Positions 23,386 to 32,000 of a stretch of DNA of 32,000 nt are shown here, in pieces. Numbering within the stretch: position 1 is the stretch's first letter; each line of letters begins with the position of its first letter. Origin of the DNA: Candidatus Iainarchaeum sp. Its GTDB lineage: Archaea > Iainarchaeota > Iainarchaeia > Iainarchaeales > JACQJH01. Below the pieces are notes generated by a model, which searched no databases, had not been told where the DNA came from, and was given only the letters and a program-made list of their open reading frames with translations. The DNA lies in NCBI GenBank assembly GCA_016205145.1, contig JACQJH010000001.1, forward strand, positions 510,001 to 542,000, written 5' to 3'. Both the position numbers and the translations under genes were made by a program.

Positions 23386-23808
23386 TCAGCGTTTCAGTAT
23401 TATCCCAAAACGCCCAAGCCTTTCAACTATGTTTGCTTCCCTGGCCTGCATGTTTTCGTCATCGGCCGCAAATTGCCTTACTTGCCTCAACTCGTGGATT
23501 TCTTCCGTAAGTTTCATTATTTCGTCGGGACGAAGCAGTTGCAGGGCGCCAAGTGCCGCCATATTGAGTTGAAGTATTCTGGAATCGTTAATGGCCCGCC
23601 CAAGCCGGATAAGGGCGCCTCTTCTTCGTGCCAAATAGGTTTGTTCTTTTCCTGGACGCGTATTGGCTTCAGCATTCTTTGCCGCTTTTCCGCGCGTTTC
23701 GCTCTTGCGTCTTCTTACCCGCACTGCCCGTACAATACTTCTCTGTGTCCTTCTGGCCCGGTTTGGCTTTCTTGGTCTAAACATTTGATACACTTTGTTC
23801 TTTTTCAT
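23386..23808 (-). CDS. Hypothetical, very basic protein (Arg/Lys-rich N-terminal half, helical C-terminal half)
   Basis: 140-aa ORF. A TATA-like GTTAATAAA overlaps the first ATG, so the ATG at 23784 (MFRPRKPN...) may be the real, leaderless start. A competing 157-aa ORF lies on the plus strand, so coding status is uncertain. Confidence 0.4.
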   Translation of the reverse strand: MKKNKVYQMFRPRKPNRARRTQRSIVRAVRVRRRKSETRGKAAKNAEANTRPGKEQTYLARRRGALIRLGRAINDSRILQLNMAALGALQLLRPDEIMKLTEEIHELRQVRQFAADDENMQAREANIVERLGRFGIILKR

Positions 23809-23843
23809 TTATTAACTTTTGCGGATTCGCCCCGCGCCCTGCC

Positions 23844-23866
23844 TTTTTTTGCGGACCGCAAAAAAA
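23844..23866. promoter_or_regulatory. Perfect 23-nt palindrome TTTTTTTGCGG-A-CCGCAAAAAAA in the divergent region upstream of the ATP synthase operon
   Basis: Read directly. It lies about 70 nt upstream of a TATA-like CTTTTTTAAA (23933-23942). Confidence 0.4.
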
Positions 23867-24049
23867 CATTTGTTTTCCGTATTTTAAGTGTTTTCACGAA
23901 TGCGTTCGCGCGTTTTTTCCCTTGGCCGGGAACTTTTTTAAACTGATTGCGGTTTGAGTTCTTTTACGTTTTTTTTGTTGCGGCCTGGCTTTTCAGGCCT
24001 TATTATCATGTTTGGATTGTTGTTTTTGCAGGGTTGGGGGTTGTTTTTG

Positions 24050-24403
24050 ATGTCAGGGCATGATGTTGGCGAAGCATCCGATTTTGGTTCCTTGGACAGC
24101 ATAAGCGGGGCCGAGGAAACGGCCGACAGGATTGCCGTGGAAGCGCAGAAAAAGCGCGAGCGGCTGCTTGAAAAGGCCAGGCTTGACGCCGCAAGCCTTG
24201 TGGAAAATGAAAAGCGGAATGCGCTCGCCGGCAGGGAAAAGAAAATAGTTGAGCTGAAAAAAAGCCTTGAAAAGGAGAAGGCTGCGATGGAATCCGAAAC
24301 GGAAAAAAGGGTTTCCGAAATCTCGAAAAAAGCCAAGGCGCAGTCCGCAAAGGAAGTTTCGTTTCTGGCCGGCAAGTTTTTGGATGAGATAAAAAATGTT
24401 TAA
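24050..24403 (+). CDS. atpH: A-type ATP synthase subunit H
   Basis: Charged coiled-coil sequence (AVEAQKKRERLLEKARLDAASLVENEKRNA...) in first position of the operon. I chose the ATG at 24050, which is preceded by a GGGGG run. The ORF is open from a TTG at 23954, and an ATG at 24008 is also possible. Confidence 0.7.
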   Translation: MSGHDVGEASDFGSLDSISGAEETADRIAVEAQKKRERLLEKARLDAASLVENEKRNALAGREKKIVELKKSLEKEKAAMESETEKRVSEISKKAKAQSAKEVSFLAGKFLDEIKNV

Positions 24404-26183
24404 GCCTAAGGCGATGGCAAAGGTCAGGATAACCGGCGTGAATTCAGGCATAAAGCCGGTCATTGAAACCCTTTTTGACCTGAAAATGCTGCACCTTGTC
24501 GACTTTGAAAAAGGGCATGCCGGCGTTCTGGATTTCGGAAAGCCGCTTGCGGACGCCGACGAATATTCCGATTTGATTGTCAAGGCCGGCTCGGTAGTTT
24601 CGCATTACCATCTGAAAGGCGAAGCCGTGCAGGTCGGGAATTTTTCCTCTGCAAAGCACAAATTTTTGCTCTTGTTCTCGGATTTTTCATCCGCGGCAAC
24701 GGAACTTGCTTCGCTGAATGAAACGCGCAAAGCACTGCTGGACCGGCTCCTGGAACCCATGGCAAGGCTTTCAGTTCCGCAAAAATTCCTGCGCGAATTT
24801 TCGCATCTTTCGGTTTTCAAGGGAATTGCAAAAAAATCCGCAAGGCTCCCGCTCAATTCTGCGGGCATCCCTTTCGAGGGCACGGAAAGAAAAGCCGGCA
24901 ATGATTTTGCCATGGTTTTGTTTGTCGCAAAAAGGGACGCGCAGGCAACGCGCGAAGTCCTGTCCGGCATAGGCTTTTCCGAGCAGGATTTGCCGGAAAA
25001 CTTTTCCGAAAGTTCCCTGCGGAACGAGCTTGTTTCAACGGAAAGGAGAATCGCGGAAAAGCAGGCCATAATAGAATCCATCGGAAAAAACAATTCCGGC
25101 TTCCTGCTCGACTTCGCGTTTTCAGTGAAACGGCTCAATGAAATAGCCGAAACGCCTTTGCGCTTCGGTTCCACGAAAAACGCGTTTGTCGCAACCGGCT
25201 GGGTTTTGCAGGAAAAAGCGGATGCTTTGAAGGCAAGGCTCGGCAGGTTCGAAGGCAGGGTTTCGGTTGAATTTTCCGGTTCCAAGGCGGGCGCGCCGAT
25301 TGCATTGGACAATCCGAAGGTTGTCAGGCCGTTCGAGTTTTTCCTCGACCTTTACACTTTTCCGAGATACGGCGAAATCGACCCTTCGATAATAGTTTTC
25401 ATCACGTTCCCTTTGTTCTTCGGCTTCATGCTCGGAGACGTGGGCTATGGCGTTGTTTCACTCGCATTGTTTGCATTCCTTGCGAAGAAAATGAAGGGAA
25501 AGGCGAAAACTCTGCCGCTCATCCTCATGTGGGCGTCGATTGCCTCGATTATTTTCGGATTTGTTTTCGCGGAATTCTTCGGATGGGAATTCATGCATCC
25601 CCTGATTCCGAGGGCGCATGAGCCGACGCTCATGCTCGGCATTGCCGTGCTTGTCGGCGCAATCCATTTGAATCTCGGCCTGCTCATCGGCTTTTACAAT
25701 GAACTGCAGTCGCATGGCTTCAGGCACGCCTTTTTCGCAAAAATTTCCTGGATTGTTCTGCAGGCGGGCGTCGCATTGCTCGCGCTTGACGGCACGGGCA
25801 TAATGAAAGTCGGCTTTGTTCCCGGCATGGTTCTGGTGCTTGCGGCAGTGGCAATGCTTTACCTTGGAGAGGGCGCAAAGGGCATAGTTGAATTGCCCGC
25901 GATTTTTTCAAACATGCTTTCGTATGCGAGGCTGTTTGCGGTCGGATTGTCGTCGGTGAGCATTGCGTTGGTCGTCAACAAGATTGCAGGTTCGCTTGTG
26001 CCGATGGGCCCGGTTGGATGGGTTGGCGTGGTTGTTGTCCTGTTCATAGGGCACACCCTGAATCTCGGCCTCGGCATTCTCGGTCCCGGCCTGCATTCTT
26101 TGAGGCTGCATTACGTTGAATTTTTCAGCAAGTTCTTCCATGGCGGGGGGAAAAAGTTTTCGCCTTTCGGCGCGGAGGATTGA
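24396..26183 (+). CDS. atpI: A-type ATP synthase subunit I (membrane a-subunit homologue)
   Basis: 595 aa. It has the typical N-terminus MFKPKAMAKVRITG, a soluble N-domain, then a C-terminal polytopic domain containing LSYARLFAVGL and HSLRLHYVEF. Confidence 0.9.
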   Translation: MFKPKAMAKVRITGVNSGIKPVIETLFDLKMLHLVDFEKGHAGVLDFGKPLADADEYSDLIVKAGSVVSHYHLKGEAVQVGNFSSAKHKFLLLFSDFSSAATELASLNETRKALLDRLLEPMARLSVPQKFLREFSHLSVFKGIAKKSARLPLNSAGIPFEGTERKAGNDFAMVLFVAKRDAQATREVLSGIGFSEQDLPENFSESSLRNELVSTERRIAEKQAIIESIGKNNSGFLLDFAFSVKRLNEIAETPLRFGSTKNAFVATGWVLQEKADALKARLGRFEGRVSVEFSGSKAGAPIALDNPKVVRPFEFFLDLYTFPRYGEIDPSIIVFITFPLFFGFMLGDVGYGVVSLALFAFLAKKMKGKAKTLPLILMWASIASIIFGFVFAEFFGWEFMHPLIPRAHEPTLMLGIAVLVGAIHLNLGLLIGFYNELQSHGFRHAFFAKISWIVLQAGVALLALDGTGIMKVGFVPGMVLVLAAVAMLYLGEGAKGIVELPAIFSNMLSYARLFAVGLSSVSIALVVNKIAGSLVPMGPVGWVGVVVVLFIGHTLNLGLGILGPGLHSLRLHYVEFFSKFFHGGGKKFSPFGAED

Positions 26184-26224
26184 AAACTCATGTTTACCAT
26201 AACCGGTTTTTGGAGGTTGAAAAA

Positions 26225-26461
26225 ATGGTAGAATTGAACACAGGTCTTGTCGCGGTCGGCGCGGCAGTAGCAATCGCAGGAACCGCCTTTGCAGCGGCAT
26301 GGGCTGAAAAGGAAATCGGAACGGCTGGCATTGGCGCAATAGCCGAAAAGCCCGAATTGTTCGGAAACGTCCTCATACTGACGGTCATTCCGGAAACAAT
26401 CGTGATTTTCGGCTTGGTCATAGCGTTCCTGATTGTCGGATTGGGCGGCGGCGCGGCTTAA
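26225..26461 (+). CDS. atpK: A-type ATP synthase subunit K (c-ring proteolipid, single hairpin)
   Basis: 78 aa from the ATG at 26225. It has two TM helices, a loop GIGAIAEKPE, and the ion-binding carboxylate in VIPETIVIFGL. Confidence 0.9.
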   Translation: MVELNTGLVAVGAAVAIAGTAFAAAWAEKEIGTAGIGAIAEKPELFGNVLILTVIPETIVIFGLVIAFLIVGLGGGAA

Positions 26462-26507
26462 ACGCATCAGGAACATTTCCGCCCTTTTCGGGCAGGAAGG
26501 TCAGACG

Positions 26508-27074
26508 ATGTCATTGGACAAGGTAGCAAGGGAAATAATCGCGGAAGCCGAGGCAAGGGCTTCAGAGCTTGGCGGGCAGGCGGACGAAGAGGCAAGGCAG
26601 ATAATGGCTGAGGCCAAAAAGAACGCAGCAGTCCAGGCCGAAGAAATTGAAACGCATTCGCAGGCAAGGCTCGAGGATCTCAGGCGCACGGAGCTGTCCG
26701 CTTTCAGGCTTGAGCAGAACAAGCGCATAATAACGGAAAAAAAGCGCGCATTGGAGGAAATTTTTTCCGGGGCCGAAAAGGAAATTTCCGGCATGGATTC
26801 CAAAAAGCGCGCCGAAATAACCGTCAAGCTGTGCAGGAAAGGCCTGCTTGAACTGCCGGACGCAAAATTCGTTTACTCGAACGCAAAGGACAGGGAAATT
26901 GCGTCAACAGTCAAGGGCCTGAAATTCAAATCAACCATTGACTGCCTCGGCGGCGTAGTGCTCGAAAACGAGGATGGAAGCGTGCGCGTCAATTGCACGT
27001 TCGAGGAAATTTTCGCAAAGGTTAAGGAGGAAAGCCTTGATGCAGTCGCCCAAAGGGTTCTCGGAAAAGCCTGA
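26508..27074 (+). CDS. atpE: A-type ATP synthase subunit E
   Basis: 188 aa from the ATG at 26508. It has a long charged N-terminal helix (IIAEAEARASELGGQADEEARQIMAEAKK) and a C-terminal globular part (GGVVLENEDGSVRVNCTFEEI). Confidence 0.85.
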   Translation: MSLDKVAREIIAEAEARASELGGQADEEARQIMAEAKKNAAVQAEEIETHSQARLEDLRRTELSAFRLEQNKRIITEKKRALEEIFSGAEKEISGMDSKKRAEITVKLCRKGLLELPDAKFVYSNAKDREIASTVKGLKFKSTIDCLGGVVLENEDGSVRVNCTFEEIFAKVKEESLDAVAQRVLGKA

Positions 27075-28134
27075 AGGCAAACTTCTTTCCGGCAGGGCCG
27101 GCGGGTTTGCCGCGCAAGCGCAGGAAACGCCCGCGCCAAGGCGCTTTGCAAGCCGCAAGGCGGGCTTCTGGGACAGGCTTCGCATTAGTGCGGCGGAAAA
27201 AAAGTTTGCGGCGAAAAAATTCCTCAAAAAACTCGGGGGAACTTCGGGCTACCCTTACACTAACACGCGCGTCAGGGTAATGAAGACAAGGCTCCTGAAG
27301 GAAAACGATTTCCGCAAAATGCTGAAAATGTCTGTGCCGGAACTCGCAGCATACCTGAACGGTTCGGATTACGGCCGCGAAATTTCAGGGCTTGCGCCGA
27401 TGTTCGAGGGTTCCAATCTTCTGGAATACAGCCTTAACCGCAATCTTGAGAACACTTTCAACAAAATCCTCACGTTTTCAATCAAGTCGCCCGGAGAGCA
27501 GGCAAAGCTTTACCTTAAACGCTTCGATATTTTCAATGTCAAGACTTTCCTGAGGGGAAAGTTTTCCGGCAAATCCAACGAAGACATCCTCCTCGAACTG
27601 GTTTGTGCCGGCAGCCTGAAGCGCGAATTCTTCGAAAAGGCATGCAGGGAATCGGATGGCTTGGAAGGGGCGGTTGCGCAGTTGAAGGCAACGGAATTTT
27701 TTGAAATCGCCACGGCATTCAAGAAAGATTTGTCAAAGCTTGAGGACGAGCTTGACAAATACTATTATGAAAAGGTTTTCGTGGAATCGGAGGCCGAGCT
27801 TGAAAACTTCATTTCCGACGAGATTTTAGTGAAAAACACGCTCAACAGGCTGAGGGCAAGGAAAAGCGAGTTGAAAATGGCGCAGCTGCCGCGCGGGTCT
27901 AAAAGGAAAATCGTCCTGCCAAAGGAAGGCGATTGCGTCGAAAACAGGGTTTTCCTGAAACAGTTCCTGCTCAAGCGCGGCTATGAAATGGTGAACATGT
28001 ACAAGCGTAGCATCAGGCCGGTTCTCGGCTATTTCATTGCAAAGGAAAATGAAATAGGAAACATCAGGATGATTGTGAGGGGCAAGTCTTCGGGCCTTGC
28101 CGCGGAAATGATTGAACAGCAATTGGTGTTTTGA
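27040..28134 (+). CDS. atpC: A-type ATP synthase subunit C (V-type d homologue) with a basic N-terminal extension of ~70 aa
   Basis: The conserved start block YPYTNTRVRVMKTRLL lies 70 codons after the only in-frame ATG/GTG/TTG (the ATG at 27040). It overlaps the atpE 3' end by 35 nt. Confidence 0.8.
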   Translation: MQSPKGFSEKPEGKLLSGRAGGFAAQAQETPAPRRFASRKAGFWDRLRISAAEKKFAAKKFLKKLGGTSGYPYTNTRVRVMKTRLLKENDFRKMLKMSVPELAAYLNGSDYGREISGLAPMFEGSNLLEYSLNRNLENTFNKILTFSIKSPGEQAKLYLKRFDIFNVKTFLRGKFSGKSNEDILLELVCAGSLKREFFEKACRESDGLEGAVAQLKATEFFEIATAFKKDLSKLEDELDKYYYEKVFVESEAELENFISDEILVKNTLNRLRARKSELKMAQLPRGSKRKIVLPKEGDCVENRVFLKQFLLKRGYEMVNMYKRSIRPVLGYFIAKENEIGNIRMIVRGKSSGLAAEMIEQQLVF

Positions 28135-28162
28135 AAATGGCTGTTTTGATTGGGGTGTTTTT

Positions 28163-28459
28163 ATGCAGATAGCGGTTCTGGGCAGCGACGATTTTGTCAC
28201 GGGCTTCAGGCTTTCAGGCGTGTCCCACGTTTTTTCATCCGAGGGAAAGCTTGACGGAAAGGTTGAGGAAGCCCTTGGCGTCAGGGAAATCGGAGTGCTT
28301 GTCATGGAAGAAGGCGCGTTCGGCGCCCTGAACAACAGGACGAAAAAAAGGCTTGAAAAGCTTGTCAAGCCCGTCATTGTCACGGTTTCAGGCAAGGGCA
28401 AGGAAACGAACCTGAGGGAAATGATTAAGCGGAGCATCGGGGTGGATTTATGGAAATGA
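28163..28459 (+). CDS. atpF: A-type ATP synthase subunit F
   Basis: 98 aa. [20 protein letters not shown] is the typical subunit F N-terminus. Confidence 0.85.
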   Translation: MQIAVLGSDDFVTGFRLSGVSHVFSSEGKLDGKVEEALGVREIGVLVMEEGAFGALNNRTKKRLEKLVKPVIVTVSGKGKETNLREMIKRSIGVDLWK

Positions 28460-30243
28460 CTTCAACCAAAAGCAGGGAAAGCAAGGCGAAAATTTACAGG
28501 ATTTCCGGTCCGGTCGTGGTCGCGGAAGGCCTCAACGCAAGGATTTACGACCTTGTCAAGGTCGGCGACGAAAAACTTTTGGGCGAAGTCATCCAGATCA
28601 ACGGCAGCCGAACCACAATCCAGGTTTACGAGGAAACAACCGGCCTGAGGCCCGACGAGCCGGTTGAAAACACCGGCGCGCCGCTTTCAGTTGAACTCGG
28701 CCCCGGCCTGCTTTCGCAGATTTATGATGGAATTCAGAGGCCATTGCCAAGCCTTTCGAAAATAATGGGTGATTTTATCAAGCGCGGCGTCTCCGTGCCG
28801 GCCTTGGACGAGAAAAAGAAATGGGAATTCAAGCCGACTGCAAAAAAAGGCGACAATGTTTCCGGTGGCGACATTCTCGGCACGGTGCAGGAAACAAAGT
28901 TCATTTCCCACAAAATACTGGTGCCGCCGAAGGTTTCGGGAAAAATCAAAGGCATTTCTTCCGGCAATTTTACGATCCGCGAATCCGTTGCCGAGCTTGA
29001 CTCCGGCGAAAAGCTTTTCCTTTCGCACAAGTGGCCTGTCAGGAAACCGAGGCCCGTTAAGGAAAAACTCCTGCCCGAAATCCCGCTCATAACCGGGCAG
29101 AGGATTCTTGATGCGCTGTTCCCGATTGCAAAGGGCGGAGCAGGCGCGATTCCCGGCCCATTCGGCTCGGGAAAAACCGTTACACAACAGCAGCTTGCGA
29201 AATGGTCTGACGCTGAAATCGTCGTTTACATCGGCTGCGGCGAGCGCGGAAACGAAATGACAGAGGTTTTGACGGAATTCCCGGAACTGCAGGACGTCAG
29301 GACCGGTGCGCCGCTGATGGAGCGCACTGTGCTGATTGCAAACACTTCCAACATGCCGGTTGCCGCGCGAGAGGCTTCTGTTTACACGGGCATGACGATC
29401 GCGGAATATTTCAGGGACCAGGGCTTTGACGTTTCATTGATGGCTGATTCCACTTCAAGGTGGGCGGAAGCAATGCGTGAAATTTCCTCGCGCCTGGAAG
29501 AGATGCCGGGCGAGGAAGGCTATCCCGCTTACCTTGCCGCAAGGCTTGCGGAATTTTATGAAAGGGCCGGTCGCGTAATTTGCCTTGAAAGCGGAAATGC
29601 CGGAACCGGCAAGGATGCAAAGCGCGTTGGCAGCGTTACGGCGATCGGCGCGGTTTCTCCGCCGGGCGGGGATTTTTCCGAGCCTGTGACGCAGAACACG
29701 CTGAAAATCACAAAGGTTTTCTGGGCACTGGACGCGAAGCTTGCGCAGAGGCGCCATTTTCCAGCAATCAACTGGCTCAACTCTTACAGCCTTTACACCA
29801 ACTTTTTGGAAAAATGGTATTCCGACAACATTGCGCAGGATTTCGGCGAAGTGAGGGCAAACGCAATGCGCATTCTCCAGCAGGAATCTTCGCTGCAGGA
29901 AATCGTGCAGCTTGTCGGCAGCGATGCCCTGCCTGAAAAGGAACAGCTTACGCTGGAAGTGGCACGGCTGATACGCGAAGGCTTTTTGCAGCAGAACGCC
30001 TATCACGAGGTTGACAGTTTCTGCAGCCTCAAAAAGCAGTATGCGATTCTCAAGGCGATAATAAGGTACTTTGACCTTGCGCAGGCCGCGCTTGAATCCG
30101 GCGCGCAGGTTTCGTCCATTGCGGGATTGGAAAGCAAGTCCAGGCTCGCAAAAGTCTGCCTTGTCGAGGAATCGAAGTTTGCAGCGGAACTCAAAAAAAT
30201 CGAGTCCGAAATGGAATCCGAATTCAGGAACATTGCGGTTTAA
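28450..30243 (+). CDS. atpA: A-type ATP synthase catalytic subunit A
   Basis: 597 aa. It has the P-loop GPFGSGKTV, the non-homologous-region insertion typical of A subunits, and a Walker [10 protein letters not shown] block. Confidence 0.95.
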   Translation: MEMTSTKSRESKAKIYRISGPVVVAEGLNARIYDLVKVGDEKLLGEVIQINGSRTTIQVYEETTGLRPDEPVENTGAPLSVELGPGLLSQIYDGIQRPLPSLSKIMGDFIKRGVSVPALDEKKKWEFKPTAKKGDNVSGGDILGTVQETKFISHKILVPPKVSGKIKGISSGNFTIRESVAELDSGEKLFLSHKWPVRKPRPVKEKLLPEIPLITGQRILDALFPIAKGGAGAIPGPFGSGKTVTQQQLAKWSDAEIVVYIGCGERGNEMTEVLTEFPELQDVRTGAPLMERTVLIANTSNMPVAAREASVYTGMTIAEYFRDQGFDVSLMADSTSRWAEAMREISSRLEEMPGEEGYPAYLAARLAEFYERAGRVICLESGNAGTGKDAKRVGSVTAIGAVSPPGGDFSEPVTQNTLKITKVFWALDAKLAQRRHFPAINWLNSYSLYTNFLEKWYSDNIAQDFGEVRANAMRILQQESSLQEIVQLVGSDALPEKEQLTLEVARLIREGFLQQNAYHEVDSFCSLKKQYAILKAIIRYFDLAQAALESGAQVSSIAGLESKSRLAKVCLVEESKFAAELKKIESEMESEFRNIAV

Positions 30244-30257
30244 GGGAGTTGACGAAA

Positions 30258-31862
30258 ATGAAGGAATACAGGACAATCACAAGGGTTGCAGGGCCGCTGG
30301 TTTTTGTTGAAAAAACGCACAATGTCGCGTACGGCGAACTCGTCGAAATAGACCTTGGCGGCGAAAAGAAAAACGGCCAGGTCTTGGACACGTCAAAGGA
30401 CATCGTTGTGGTGCAGGTCTTCGAGGGCACATCCGGCATTGAACGCAGTTCAATCGTGAAGTTCACCGGCAAGACAATCAAGCTGAACTGCTCGAAGGAA
30501 CTGCTCGGCAGGGTCTTGTCCGGCCTCGGAAAGCCCTTGGACAACGGCCCGGAAATCATTCCGGATGAAAAGCGCGACGTGAACGGCGCCGCAATCAACC
30601 CGTTTTCAAGGGCGCCTCCGCGCGATTTCGTGCAGACCGGCGTTTCAACAATCGACGGCATGAACACTCTTGTGAAAGGCCAGAAGCTTCCGATTTTTTC
30701 CGCGGCAGGCCTGCCCCACAATGACATCGCATTGCAGATTGCAAGGCAGGCTAAAGTCGAGGGCAACTTTGCAGTTGTCTTTGCCGCAATGGGCATAACG
30801 AATGAGGAAGCCCAGCAGTTCATCCGCGACTTCGAGCAGACCGGCGCATTGGAACGCACGGTGGTCTTCCTGAACCTGGCTGACGACCCGGCAATTGAAA
30901 GGATCGTAACGCCAAGAATGGCGCTCACGGCCGCAGAGTATCTGGCTTACTCGCATGAAATGAACGTTCTCGTCATTCTCACGGACCTGACAAATTACTG
31001 CGAGGCATTGCGTGAAATCGGCGCTGCGCGCGAAGAGGTTCCCGGCAGAAGGGGCTATCCAGGTTACATGTACACGGACCTTGCGTCAATATATGAAAGG
31101 GCCGGCCTCATCAAGGGCAAGGCCGGAAGCGTAACGCAGATTCCAATTCTTACAATGCCAGGCGACGACATCACGCACCCTATTCCGGACCTGACAGGTT
31201 ACATCACTGAAGGCCAGATCGTGCTTGGCAGGGACCTTCACAGGAACGGCATATATCCGCCGATTGACGTCCTGCCATGCCTCAGCAGGCTGATGAACGC
31301 GGGCATCGGAAAGGGAAAGACTCGCGAGGACCACAAGGCCGTAAGCAATCAGATGTATGCCGGCTATGCGGAAGGCCGCTCATTGCGCGGCTTGGTTGCG
31401 ATTGTCGGCGAGGAAGCCTTGTCTGAAAGGGACCAGCGTTTCCTTGCATTCGCAAAGGCGTTCGAGGACAAGTTTGTCAGGCAGGGCAAATATGAAAACC
31501 GCTCAATAGTTGAAACCCTGAATCTCGGCTGGAAGCTGCTGACAATGCTGCCCAAATCCGAGCTGACGAGAATTGACGACGCGCTGATTGAAAAATATTC
31601 AAGGGAACTCGGCTTGAAGTTTTATGTTCCGAAGGGCAAGGAAGCGGAAGCGTCGTCCCAGGCCGGGCCGGAAAACGAAGCCGGAAAACCGGAAACAAAA
31701 GAGAATTCCGGAAAACATGAATCAACTGTCCGCGGCAAAGCGGAAGCAAAACAGCCTTCCGCGAATTCCGCAGCCAAAAAAAAGCCTTCGCCAGCCCAAG
31801 CGCCCAAAGCCGCGGCAAAAAAAGTTGCCGGCCATGCAAAAAAGAAAAATAAGCGAAAGTGA
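30258..31862 (+). CDS. atpB: A-type ATP synthase subunit B with a ~76-aa Lys/Ala/Glu-rich C-terminal extension
   Basis: [18 protein letters not shown] and the conserved B-subunit core run to about ...[20 protein letters not shown]...[16 protein letters not shown] then follows. The ATG at 30258 is 10 nt after AAGGGAG. Confidence 0.95.
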   Translation: MKEYRTITRVAGPLVFVEKTHNVAYGELVEIDLGGEKKNGQVLDTSKDIVVVQVFEGTSGIERSSIVKFTGKTIKLNCSKELLGRVLSGLGKPLDNGPEIIPDEKRDVNGAAINPFSRAPPRDFVQTGVSTIDGMNTLVKGQKLPIFSAAGLPHNDIALQIARQAKVEGNFAVVFAAMGITNEEAQQFIRDFEQTGALERTVVFLNLADDPAIERIVTPRMALTAAEYLAYSHEMNVLVILTDLTNYCEALREIGAAREEVPGRRGYPGYMYTDLASIYERAGLIKGKAGSVTQIPILTMPGDDITHPIPDLTGYITEGQIVLGRDLHRNGIYPPIDVLPCLSRLMNAGIGKGKTREDHKAVSNQMYAGYAEGRSLRGLVAIVGEEALSERDQRFLAFAKAFEDKFVRQGKYENRSIVETLNLGWKLLTMLPKSELTRIDDALIEKYSRELGLKFYVPKGKEAEASSQAGPENEAGKPETKENSGKHESTVRGKAEAKQPSANSAAKKKPSPAQAPKAAAKKVAGHAKKKNKRK

Positions 31863-31867
31863 AACAA

Positions 31868-32000
31868 ATGTCCGACATCAAGCCGACACGCTCCGAGCTG
31901 ATCCAGCTCAAAAAAAAGGTGAAGCTTGCCCAGTCCGGGCACTCGCTTTTGAAAAAAAAGCGCGACGGCCTCATAAAGGAATTCTTCGGCGTGCTGAACG
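31868..32000 (+). CDS. atpD: A-type ATP synthase subunit D (5' part, truncated by the window end)
   Basis: Hand translation gives [44 protein letters not shown], the typical subunit D N-terminus. It is not in the ORF track because it runs off the window. Confidence 0.85.
   Translation, partial: MSDIKPTRSELIQLKKKVKLAQSGHSLLKKKRDGLIKEFFGVLN

Noticed and set aside
23954-24049. A hydrophobic N-terminal extension of AtpH if translation starts at the TTG at 23954 or the ATG at 24008
   Set aside because: Subunit H is a soluble coiled-coil stalk protein. The TTG lies only 11 nt after the TATA-like box, and the Leu/Phe/Gly-rich extension looks like translated T-rich leader. I preferred the ATG at 24050, but the start is not proven.
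26225-26461. Calling Na+ versus H+ specificity of the c subunit from the PET motif
   Set aside because: The carboxylate context (IPETIV) is compatible with either coupling ion. The helix-1 ligand positions cannot be judged reliably without an alignment or structure.

Overview
This looks like an archaeal chromosomal segment. The evidence is an A-type (A1AO) ATP synthase operon in the canonical H-I-K-E-C-F-A-B-D order, BRE/TATA-like boxes ending about 20-25 nt upstream of many ATG codons (which suggests leaderless mRNAs), and an intron-less tRNA-Arg(TCT) with no encoded CCA. Most of the window (about 4.4-32 kb) is housekeeping sequence at roughly 55% GC: mntR-mntH; an ArsR-headed sufC-B-D-S-U operon; pterin carbinolamine dehydratase; a two-subunit 2-oxoacid:ferredoxin oxidoreductase; a glycosylation cluster (SDR epimerase, three GT2 enzymes, one GT-C/ArnT-like enzyme); and the ATP synthase operon. 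Four parts are not ordinary. (1) A sharply AT-rich island at about 570-4215 encodes only envelope proteins, a small wHTH regulator and a membrane-tethered protein whose C-terminal domain carries a RecB/Cas4-like PD-(D/E)xK motif set. This three-gene membrane operon is my best candidate for an undescribed system. (2) A small accessory islet next to tRNA-Arg holds a second PD-(D/E)xK-like ORF and a DUF4258/DUF2283 toxin-antitoxin pair. (3) Downstream of the tRNA there is a 16-nt copy of the tRNA 3' end and three tandem copies of a ~60-nt hairpin-bearing repeat, with a fourth solo copy 5.4 kb away. (4) Lys/Ala-rich basic extensions are fused to otherwise conserved enzymes (AtpB, OFOR alpha, AtpC). 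All calls come from reading the sequence and the ORF translations. No database search was run, and family assignments rest on motifs I recognise.
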